DNA of 64,000 nucleotides from the IMG/VR virus record IMGVR_UViG_3300050014_000823, positions 78,773-142,772 of that record; one strand, given 5' to 3'. The notes below the pieces were generated by a model that saw nothing but the letters and a program-made list of their open reading frames with translations, did not search any database and was not told the DNA's origin. This DNA comes from a virus. Made by a program: the position numbers and the translations under genes. Below, in pieces: positions 56,039 to 64,000 of the stretch (positions are counted from its first letter, which is position 1; each line of letters starts with the position of its first letter).

Positions 56039-56860
56039 TTATTTCAACAAATAATGCCCTGCAACAACACCACCAACACCAACAATAATTATCGTGCCGT
56101 TTTTCTTTACCCAAGTCCAGGTTTTTTGCCATCCCGTTGGCTGAACTATGTCCTTATTTATACCGGGAATTGCGTAACTATCGATATTGGCAATTTGAAA
56201 ATATTTATTTGAATTTGAGACGCTGAAAGAAATTGGACTACCCTTTGTTTTATCGAACTGAAAACTAACAAATGTCGTATTTGGCAGATATAAGTCCTTG
56301 ATGAACAACGATGGCTGTACGTTCTTAAATGCAGGGATTACGCTACGAACTTCAAGATGATATTTAAGGTCGGGATTCTTAACTTCTGCAAATGTTATCT
56401 TTTTATTAACTGTATCAACATCAACAGTACCACCATGTAACAATGAATCGATTTTTACGTTTGCGTTAATAAGTGCTGCGGCAATTACATCACTTTTCTT
56501 GTTAATTTCTTTCACTCTGTCAATCAACTCTTTTTGTGTTTCGGTGAGTTGACCGTACATCTTTTGAAGATTTTTAATGGTTTCTTGTATTGTAAGTTTT
56601 TCTGCAGTCCATTCACCTTCTTTGTTTTTATAGATTTTCATCGTATCTAACAAAGCGTTTTTAAGGTTAACCTCAGTATTATACTTATTCTTTAGATTTT
56701 TAATACTCAGACGTTGAAAATATACCACTGCGCCTAAACCTAATATAATTGCAGCAATTATCACTATAAGTAAGTGATTTTTTGTCAGCAACCAACTTTT
56801 GAATTGTACTAATTTTGCGTTCATATCAACTATTTTCAATAAATAGTTTAATATCAACAA
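56039..56860 (-). CDS. membrane-anchored coiled-coil protein
   Basis: N-terminal TM. Confidence 0.45.
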   Translation of the reverse strand: MLILNYLLKIVDMNAKLVQFKSWLLTKNHLLIVIIAAIILGLGAVVYFQRLSIKNLKNKYNTEVNLKNALLDTMKIYKNKEGEWTAEKLTIQETIKNLQKMYGQLTETQKELIDRVKEINKKSDVIAAALINANVKIDSLLHGGTVDVDTVNKKITFAEVKNPDLKYHLEVRSVIPAFKNVQPSLFIKDLYLPNTTFVSFQFDKTKGSPISFSVSNSNKYFQIANIDSYAIPGINKDIVQPTGWQKTWTWVKKNGTIIIVGVGGVVAGHYLLK

Positions 56861-56896
56861 ATAATACGATTTTTAATAAAATTTTATAATTCTAAC

Positions 56897-57475
56897 TTAT
56901 TCTGCAGCCATTTTCATTTCTGGGGAAGCAGTATTTAATATGTTGTTTCTCCAATATTTGTAGAAAATATCGAAGTACGACTCAATTTTTTCGATAATCA
57001 AATCGTTGTCAGGATTGTCTGCGGTGAAATCTGGGAGATAATTAAACTCGATTCCCGTAGTCTTTTCATCCGGAGTTACTTTATAAACAAATTGTATTAC
57101 TCCGTCAATCGTACCACCCCAAAAGATTAAATTGTCATATACCTTCAAGTCAGTAAACTTGATGTCAACATTCATGTCATTGAAATAGTTACGAAACTTT
57201 TCTTCTTCCTGTGTTTGGTCGTAAACTGTTTCTTTATTATTGCTTGGAGTCGTGTTTTCCTGACCTACGGGAACATTATCTTGCGGAGTATTTGTTGGTA
57301 CAGCATCCTCATTCAACTTAACGGGATTGCGTGTAATTTTAAGCATATCACGTACCGATAGTTCATGCTTCGTTGTTTCTTGATTTGCGTTAGGACTATA
57401 TTTACCTTCACGTAATCTTTTCATTAAGACACGCATTTGGTTTGGAGCAGATTTATCGTTGATGCTATTTTTCAT
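56897..57475 (-). CDS. hypothetical protein
   Basis: 192 aa. Confidence 0.45.
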   Translation of the reverse strand: MKNSINDKSAPNQMRVLMKRLREGKYSPNANQETTKHELSVRDMLKITRNPVKLNEDAVPTNTPQDNVPVGQENTTPSNNKETVYDQTQEEEKFRNYFNDMNVDIKFTDLKVYDNLIFWGGTIDGVIQFVYKVTPDEKTTGIEFNYLPDFTADNPDNDLIIEKIESYFDIFYKYWRNNILNTASPEMKMAAE

Positions 57476-57496
57476 ACTATTTTTTACTATAAATAC

Positions 57497-58111
57497 TTAA
57501 ACGAATTCATTGTGCAACATTTCGTTGAATTTTTGTATGTCGAATAGCGGATTAATGTCACTACTGTCTTCTATGTAGTTACTTCTAAAGACTATACCTT
57601 TATATCTTACAATATCCCTGTTGAAGTGATGAAAGTCTATTGCTACCTTTGGAATATTAAATTCTTCACACAATTTTCTGCAAAGCAATACAGTATTTTC
57701 AACCTGTTCATCGTTGATTTTCTCCCAAAATTTATAGCCAAGCCATTGCTTTTCTACAACATTCTCGGTTTCACAAATCTCATTTATCCAATTGATATAC
57801 TTGTCATCGGGAGTGACAAAGAGTGTTCCCATGTTCTCAAGAACAACAGAAACAGACTTTTTATCTGCTTCTTTAATACCAAGAAAATCTGAATGAAACC
57901 GTGGGTCATAATGCTCATAAATTTCTCCTGTCCGGGAAACAGTATAAGTATTCCACTTCATAGTTTTATGATAGTCCTTATTCTGTAACCTCAATATATG
58001 GTTACTACCCTTTCTTAAACTTGTGGCTAAAACTATCTGAGTCTTAGCAATTTCCGTTTTATATCTTTGGTCTTCTGTGATTGCATATGTACTACTGTCG
58101 ATGTGCATCAT
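57497..58111 (-). CDS. possible N-acetylmuramoyl-L-alanine amidase (Amidase_2/PGRP-like)
   Basis: loose alignment to T7-lysozyme-type core (YT.SRTGEI...H...SVSVVLENMG); low. Confidence 0.3.
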   Translation of the reverse strand: MMHIDSSTYAITEDQRYKTEIAKTQIVLATSLRKGSNHILRLQNKDYHKTMKWNTYTVSRTGEIYEHYDPRFHSDFLGIKEADKKSVSVVLENMGTLFVTPDDKYINWINEICETENVVEKQWLGYKFWEKINDEQVENTVLLCRKLCEEFNIPKVAIDFHHFNRDIVRYKGIVFRSNYIEDSSDINPLFDIQKFNEMLHNEFV

Positions 58112-58556
58112 AATTCATGTATATAACCTCTACCCCGCCTTCGGCTAAAATTTGTAATGCCCGTTTAAAGCCTTCACCAAATTTGATGTTATTTAAGTCT
58201 GGTTCTTTATCACAAAATATTCTTTTAATACCTGCTTGAACGATAAATCCTGCACACGTATCACAAGGAAACCAGTTGACATATAAATCGCAATTCAATG
58301 TGCTTTTTCCTTGTCGGGCTGCATTAATGATTGCATTTGCTTCGCTGTGGATAAACCAATGGTACTTTTCGGGTCTTTCGTGTCTTTCATTTATATCATC
58401 GTCAACCCCACGTGGCATTCCATTAAAACCAGTTGTAACAATTTCCCTGTCTTTAACAATAACACACCCAACTTTACTTGAACGGTCTTTGCTCCATTGT
58501 GCCACTTCCAAATCAGCAATTTTCATAAACCTTAAATCCCATTTATTATTTTCCAT
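58092..58556 (-). CDS. cd: dCMP deaminase
   Basis: HSEANAI zinc motif and PCDTCAG. Confidence 0.85.
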   Translation of the reverse strand: MENNKWDLRFMKIADLEVAQWSKDRSSKVGCVIVKDREIVTTGFNGMPRGVDDDINERHERPEKYHWFIHSEANAIINAARQGKSTLNCDLYVNWFPCDTCAGFIVQAGIKRIFCDKEPDLNNIKFGEGFKRALQILAEGGVEVIYMNYDAHRQ

Positions 58557-58558
58557 AA

Positions 58559-59458
58559 TTATTTACAATAAAATTCATTTAACCAATTATTTTTACGTGC
58601 ATTATAATATGCACCACCATATGTTTTAGCAAATTCAGTTTTTGTTCTACATTGTTGAGCAACATCAGCACACCGTTCTTTTGTCCAATAAATGGTATTA
58701 TATGGTAATTTCTCCATATGTTTACAAATTTTATCAACCCATCCATTTTTTACCGAAGTACTGTATGCACTACTTGATTTTGTTTTAAATTCTTTTTTTG
58801 TGTTATATTTCAACGCTTCTTTTTCACACTTATCAAACGTCCAATAAATTTTACGTTTAAATTTTTCCATGTGAGAACAAATATCATCCAACCATCCATT
58901 CATTTGTGCTGAATTATATGCAGACCCAGAGTTAATTCTAAAATCGTTTCTTGTATTATATTTTAATGCTACCGTCCCACATTTTTCTTTAGTCCAAATT
59001 AAATTATTTCCACCAATAGTACCAGTTTTTGCCACATTAAGTAATATCCAATTATTGTTTTTATATTTTTCAAGAAAAATACCCTCTAATTTACTTGCTT
59101 CATTAATTTCAATATAATCTGTTAGTTGAATAAAATTGGGTATTAAACCCGTTTTGGAAATATGTTTAGTGACTGCATCATCCGGGTTATTTTTTCTCCA
59201 AATTAATCTTTTTTTAATATTACCTGTCAATCCAACATAAACATAATTATCTGAAAATTCGTGAGAATATATGCATCTATGACACTTATCGCCCAATTTA
59301 ATCATATGTGAACATATTTCATCAATAAAACCATTTCTCCTTGCACTAATATATGCAGACGGAAAATCGAGTTTAAATTCACTTCTTGTTGTATATTTAA
59401 GTGCCACAGTCATACAATTTTCTTTATTCCAATAATTTCTTCCTTTTCTTTTTTTCAT
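58559..59458 (-). CDS. GIY-YIG-like nuclease embedded in four 38-aa WTKEKC...ALKYNTR.EF...NGW.DEICSHM repeats
   Basis: CIYSHEF...YVYVGLTGN...R core; repeats before and after. Confidence 0.45.
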   Translation of the reverse strand: MKKRKGRNYWNKENCMTVALKYTTRSEFKLDFPSAYISARRNGFIDEICSHMIKLGDKCHRCIYSHEFSDNYVYVGLTGNIKKRLIWRKNNPDDAVTKHISKTGLIPNFIQLTDYIEINEASKLEGIFLEKYKNNNWILLNVAKTGTIGGNNLIWTKEKCGTVALKYNTRNDFRINSGSAYNSAQMNGWLDDICSHMEKFKRKIYWTFDKCEKEALKYNTKKEFKTKSSSAYSTSVKNGWVDKICKHMEKLPYNTIYWTKERCADVAQQCRTKTEFAKTYGGAYYNARKNNWLNEFYCK

Positions 59459-59515
59459 AGTATCTATTTTATGAATAAATACTATGTTTTTTGAATTATC
59501 CTACTTTTATGAAAA

Positions 59516-59740
59516 TTATCTTAGAATAAAAAGACGATTTTTAGTCAATTTTTTTGCCTTTTCAATCAGTTCATCCAAATTATCCATGTCATCGTCATTA
59601 TGTGAAATGTCATCGACATCCATTTTTGCCAAAGCATTCACAATTTTAAGTGAATCCTTGAGAATCTGTGCTGTTTGCCTATCATCAGATTTTTTCTGAC
59701 GAGCATATTCTTCCCAATTTTCTAATTCTTTGTCTGCCAT
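59516..59740 (-). CDS. small acidic protein
   Basis: 74 aa. Confidence 0.35.
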   Translation of the reverse strand: MADKELENWEEYARQKKSDDRQTAQILKDSLKIVNALAKMDVDDISHNDDDMDNLDELIEKAKKLTKNRLFILR

Positions 59741-60892
59741 TTATCTTATGTTTTCGAGTACTCTGTAAGCATCATCAAAATGCTCAATTATATTTTCCGC
59801 TTCGGGATATGTGCTTGCTATCATTCTACGTTTACCAACGGTTGTAAAAATCCCCAAATTGTCCATATCCTTTAAAAAATCGTCAACAAACTTATTGGAG
59901 TTCTGTATGTTAGCCTTTTCACTGACAATCTCTTTCAGTTGCTGACCTGGCATAACTTGCTCACCGGGAATAAGTTTACCGTCCTTATACACAAACGCAA
60001 GTAATGCTTTATACCTGTCTTTCTTCTGATAGATTTTCTCGAATTTTTGCTGATTGATAACAAACAAATTGTACTCATACCATTCTCGGAAATATACACC
60101 GCCAATAATTATTACTTCTGCAAAGATAGCGATAATAATAAATAAAACAATGTTTTTTGAATCTTCACTGGCATTATCTGCAATTGTTGTGTTAAGACCA
60201 GATTTTAATTCTGTTACTCTCACAGTTAATTGTGCATCGATTTTATTTACTTCTGCTTGGTTGTTTTCAATAATTCCAGCATTCTTATCGATGCTCGACT
60301 GATAATCCCTTCGTATTGAAACCCAACCCATTGGTGTTTGTGCAAGACTGTTACGTAAGTCGTTGTTGACAGTACGAAGTGCTTGATTGTCTACTTCATA
60401 GGTGTGTTTCTTTCTTTCATATTGAACTGCAAGACTGTCTTTCTGTAAGTCTACTTGAGTAGTAGCAATTGTATTTTGCTTGACGCTTGTACTTGCAAGG
60501 TTCTTTGAGCCAACGAGTGACAGGTAGAAACTCAGTAGTACAATTGCAACAGATACACCGAACCAAGCTGCAATAGGTCCAGTGATTTTTTTACTATTAG
60601 CAACATAATCACTACTGAAATTTCTGAACAAATATCTTTTGATTATCTCGAAGATTGTCAAGAAAGTAACTGAAAATACAAGTGCTAATGCTGTGCCTAA
60701 AAAGCCAGTGACTAAGTTAATGTTAATTGCCTTAAGCAGTGCAGGGTAAAGTAGGAAGTACGAGAAGAAAATTGACCCCAAGTTTCCCACGAATGAGAAA
60801 CCATAGAGCCACTTATCTAAGATTTTGTTATTGCCTTCAAAGTCTTTGACATTTATCTTGTTTCGTAGTTTGTCATAATCTTTTAAATCCAT
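59741..60892 (-). CDS. multi-TM coiled-coil membrane protein
   Basis: 383 aa. Confidence 0.5.
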   Translation of the reverse strand: MDLKDYDKLRNKINVKDFEGNNKILDKWLYGFSFVGNLGSIFFSYFLLYPALLKAININLVTGFLGTALALVFSVTFLTIFEIIKRYLFRNFSSDYVANSKKITGPIAAWFGVSVAIVLLSFYLSLVGSKNLASTSVKQNTIATTQVDLQKDSLAVQYERKKHTYEVDNQALRTVNNDLRNSLAQTPMGWVSIRRDYQSSIDKNAGIIENNQAEVNKIDAQLTVRVTELKSGLNTTIADNASEDSKNIVLFIIIAIFAEVIIIGGVYFREWYEYNLFVINQQKFEKIYQKKDRYKALLAFVYKDGKLIPGEQVMPGQQLKEIVSEKANIQNSNKFVDDFLKDMDNLGIFTTVGKRRMIASTYPEAENIIEHFDDAYRVLENIR

Positions 60893-60919
60893 AATTATAC
60901 TTTACCCATAAATAGTCGT

Positions 60920-63900
60920 TTATTCCAAAACTAATGAGGAAATACCGTCTTCATCCACAGTCACATTAATAAGGTAATCTGGGTTGATTTCTTCCTTATG
61001 TTCGATGACTAAAGTTTTCTTCATGTGGTTTTTAATAACATGAAGTATCTCAATGAATTCTTCAACGCTTTCGTCACTTAATTTACCCATAACTTCGTCA
61101 AGTAAGAACATCATTGGTTTTGCCTTGATGTTAATTTGATTCAGAGCGAACTTTAACACCACGCTTGAGAATGTTCTTTCCTTACCACTTGCTGAGATAC
61201 AATCAATGACTGCGCCAGGTCTGCTGTTGTAGACTAATTTAGGTCTGAGGTCGTCTTCATCGAGCCATACCTTAAACTGTGCTACCGACAATATGTTTTC
61301 CAAGGTCAGATTAATCTTAGGCAGAATATAATTAACAAGCATTTGCTTTGGAATACCGTCACGGTGCACGCACTTCTTATATAGTGCCATAACAGAGTCT
61401 TGATATTCCTGTATTTTAAACTCGACAATCAGTAATTCGTTGTTTTTAATTCTGATTTGTCTGTCAGCAATTGCTGTTTTTTTCAGATACAAATCTTCTG
61501 TAAGTTCACGCTCATCGTTTTCAAGTAAACGAATCTTATCCTTTGCAGCGACAATACCCTTTTCAATCTTCTGATTTTCTTCGATTTGTAATATGTTATT
61601 GTCGTAATTGTCAATTTTCTGTTGCAGGATTGAAATTTTAAGTTCTTCGTTCTGAATCTTCACGGGAATCTGGTCGAGTTCTACTTGAAGTTCTTTACGC
61701 CTGTTGACATCATTCATTTCGTTGGTGAGCGTACCGATTTCTTTCAGCGTACTTTCCATTTCAAGAGCATCGTTTTCAATAATTGTCTTAACTCCAGTAA
61801 TTTCCTTATTTTTAGCATCAATTACATCTTGATTATTTTTAATGTCAACACTAAGCCATTTTTTAATGTCATCGGCAAGAGGAAACATTAATGCCTCAAC
61901 TGCTTTAATCTTTTCAGTGATATGGTCTTGATGCTCTGCAGTTAATAGCTGTCCACAAGTAGGACAGATTTTACTATCTTTGAGTTCTTGAATATCTTTC
62001 TTATATTGTGCACCTTGTTGTTTATGTCTTAAAACATAGCCATTAAATATCTCAATCTGATGCTCTGCAGCCATGATGGTTTGTTCATGACCCTTGATTA
62101 CCATCCTATTAGTATACTCATTAGTTTTATGTGCATCCTTTTTCCAAGTAAGTTGTTGTAACCTTTCAGCATCATATGTTTCCCGCAAAGCTGCGATACT
62201 TGTTTCAAGAATGCCTTTACGTTGATTGTGTTGCTTGATAGTCTCGTTATGTATACCAATAGTCTTCTTGACACTATCTACGCTTAAATTAGCTATTTCG
62301 GGGTCTATTTTAAACAATTTCTTCGTCAATGTCTCGACATAGGTTCTACCTGTTTGAATTTTTCCTTGAACTTCAGGGATTTTAATTGTTTCGTAATCCA
62401 GTACTTCGGCATCAAGCAATCTAATATCTTCCAAGTATTGTTGATTTTGCGATGTGGTTGCTTCGACATTACATGTGACTCTATTTCTCTCATTTGCTTT
62501 TTTCTGATATACCTTCAAACCTTCGAGTTTCTTGTCGAAAATGTCTAAGCCAGTGTCGAAGAGTAGTGAGTCAATAAAAACTGCCATATCATTTGATAAT
62601 ATGCGGTTTAACGTATCAGAGGTAGTCATGACAATACGCATAAAGTTATCATAAGTGCCTAAGATGATGTCTAAGTTCTTTTGGGTTTTTATTCTGCGGT
62701 CATCATCGAGTTTTTCCAATACTGTATTATCATCCATTTCTTCATCAGGATTTGACAGCAAATAATAACTCAATGTGGTTGGAGCACCTTTAATCTCACC
62801 AGATTTGTTTTTTTCAATTGTGGTTTTTTTCTTGATACCATAATATTCACCATTGGCTTCGATTACAATATAACCCTCGCAAAAGGTCGCACCGTTTCTG
62901 TTGTTGACAAAACGTGAATCACCAAATTGTTTACGACTTTCTGTTTCCAATGACTTACCGAACAATATGTAGGTGATAAGTTTCATGATAGTTGTTTTCC
63001 CGGCAGTGTTTATACCTGTAATCTGAAACAAACCATCCATGTCACGCCAATCAACGTCAATGTTAGCATATGATGCGAAATTCCTACCACCGAACTTAAT
63101 CACGTTCCACTCAAGGTTGCTTACCTCATCAAGGGTAATGCTTGCAGTAATCTCTTCATCCAATGCAATTATATCTGCAACAAGTTGTGGGTCAGTACCG
63201 ATTTTTTCCAAGTATTCTTTGAATATTTCGTGCTGAACAGCCTCATCGCTGATGTTTTCAATGGTAACGTTTTCATTGACATCCATTTTATCGGCTTCAA
63301 TGAATTCGTTTTTGTGCGAGATAATAACGTTTTTATGTTGTGACTTTAAAAATTCAACTAATTTTCTCTCATTATCTTTTGTCCTTGACTGCGGAAGCGT
63401 ACCCCAGACAAATCTGACTCTCATGTGCTTCGTAGGATTTGGTATGTCTAATTCCAAGTCATCAAAGTCAGTAAACGGAGTGATTTTGACGTTTTTAAAT
63501 GAATAATTATTCTTAATTGGGAACTCTTCAGCACTCATAGAATCCAAATGCCACAACAGATATCCGTGGAAATTGTCGTCACCCTCACTTACGTCCTGTG
63601 CAATTAATGACCCGCAATATGCTTTGGTATGTAATGCATCGAGATACTGCATCCTATGTATGTCACCAAACATAGATAGGTCGCCTTTGAACTCTGAAAG
63701 TTTGTAATATGACTTACTTTTCATTTCAAACCCAGTGGTTGACTTACAGCCACTTATCGGGTCATGGAATAGGTCAATTGCAATTTGACCATCAGTTCTT
63801 CCACTGAGAAATTCTTTACCTGCCTTGGTTTTCCAAGGATTGTTTTTCTGGTCACCATGATGCCAAACCGCCCAAACTACATTATCGTCTTGATATAACG

Positions 63901-64000
63901 TTGTTTTATCGTAGTATTCGACATTGGGATTGTTCAATGTCTTGACGATTGCACGTATACTATCAACTCGCTTGAGATTTTTCTTCCTGCAGTCGTGATT
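60920..64000 (-). CDS. SbcC/Rad50-like ATPase preceded in-frame by an SbcD/Mre11-like phosphoesterase region; 5' end lies beyond the window
   Basis: Walker A GINTAGKTT, Zn-hook CPTCGQ, C-terminal LLDEVMGKL. Upstream in frame: FGDIHR, HGYLLWH, and NHDC in the first codons of the window. The listed 'M' at 63937 is a TTG and the frame stays open to the edge. Confidence 0.6.
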   Translation of the reverse strand, partial: NHDCRKKNLKRVDSIRAIVKTLNNPNVEYYDKTTLYQDDNVVWAVWHHGDQKNNPWKTKAGKEFLSGRTDGQIAIDLFHDPISGCKSTTGFEMKSKSYYKLSEFKGDLSMFGDIHRMQYLDALHTKAYCGSLIAQDVSEGDDNFHGYLLWHLDSMSAEEFPIKNNYSFKNVKITPFTDFDDLELDIPNPTKHMRVRFVWGTLPQSRTKDNERKLVEFLKSQHKNVIISHKNEFIEADKMDVNENVTIENISDEAVQHEIFKEYLEKIGTDPQLVADIIALDEEITASITLDEVSNLEWNVIKFGGRNFASYANIDVDWRDMDGLFQITGINTAGKTTIMKLITYILFGKSLETESRKQFGDSRFVNNRNGATFCEGYIVIEANGEYYGIKKKTTIEKNKSGEIKGAPTTLSYYLLSNPDEEMDDNTVLEKLDDDRRIKTQKNLDIILGTYDNFMRIVMTTSDTLNRILSNDMAVFIDSLLFDTGLDIFDKKLEGLKVYQKKANERNRVTCNVEATTSQNQQYLEDIRLLDAEVLDYETIKIPEVQGKIQTGRTYVETLTKKLFKIDPEIANLSVDSVKKTIGIHNETIKQHNQRKGILETSIAALRETYDAERLQQLTWKKDAHKTNEYTNRMVIKGHEQTIMAAEHQIEIFNGYVLRHKQQGAQYKKDIQELKDSKICPTCGQLLTAEHQDHITEKIKAVEALMFPLADDIKKWLSVDIKNNQDVIDAKNKEITGVKTIIENDALEMESTLKEIGTLTNEMNDVNRRKELQVELDQIPVKIQNEELKISILQQKIDNYDNNILQIEENQKIEKGIVAAKDKIRLLENDERELTEDLYLKKTAIADRQIRIKNNELLIVEFKIQEYQDSVMALYKKCVHRDGIPKQMLVNYILPKINLTLENILSVAQFKVWLDEDDLRPKLVYNSRPGAVIDCISASGKERTFSSVVLKFALNQINIKAKPMMFLLDEVMGKLSDESVEEFIEILHVIKNHMKKTLVIEHKEEINPDYLINVTVDEDGISSLVLE

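Overview
This window reads as a gene-dense (over 90% coding), AT-rich, mostly minus-strand segment of a large T4-like (Tevenvirinae/Straboviridae-type) virulent phage genome, not a bacterial chromosome. T4-type replication and nucleotide-metabolism genes are recognisable: Dda-like SF1 helicase, DHFR (frd-like), dCMP deaminase (cd-like), ATP-dependent DNA ligase, Nudix hydrolase, NADAR/YbiA, a DexA-like DEDDh exonuclease and a PNK-like P-loop kinase. An Rnl-type RNA ligase and a Thg1-like protein lie beside a tRNA-like gene and a roughly 290-nt ORF-free structured RNA region. An SbcD(Mre11)-SbcC(Rad50) ORF runs off the 3' edge of the window. Free-standing homing-endonuclease-like genes are unusually frequent: six GIY-YIG, one two-motif LAGLIDADG, one NUMOD3/PD-(D/E)xK-like and one Zn-finger/DUF559-like. 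Two IS607-family tnpA copies and two tnpB copies are inserted around 36.1-40.6 kb. Late-type genes are also present: a tail fiber with a C-terminal S74 intramolecular-chaperone domain and Cys-rich coding repeats, a second Cys-rich fibre-like protein, a GH25 lysozyme next to a two-TM holin-like gene, an SLT transglycosylase and a 922-aa low-complexity virion protein. Accessory genes of interest are a PurA/PurZ-like adenylosuccinate-synthetase homologue next to an ATP-grasp protein, an HD-domain hydrolase, a solitary HicB-like gene, a DUF262-only protein, a membrane-anchored ImmA/IrrE-type HExxH peptidase, a vWA / J-domain-kinase-like / HAD cluster, a patatin-like lipase, an SPFH protein, and a small RHH ORF translationally coupled to a GIY-YIG gene. 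A conserved promoter-like motif, TTGTAAC-N18-TATAAT (written for minus-strand genes as GATTATACGTAA...ATGTTACAA), recurs at least eight times with full spacing immediately 5' of gene starts. Several bidirectional rho-independent terminators are visible. No CRISPR array was found. All calls come from reading motifs by eye; no database search was run.
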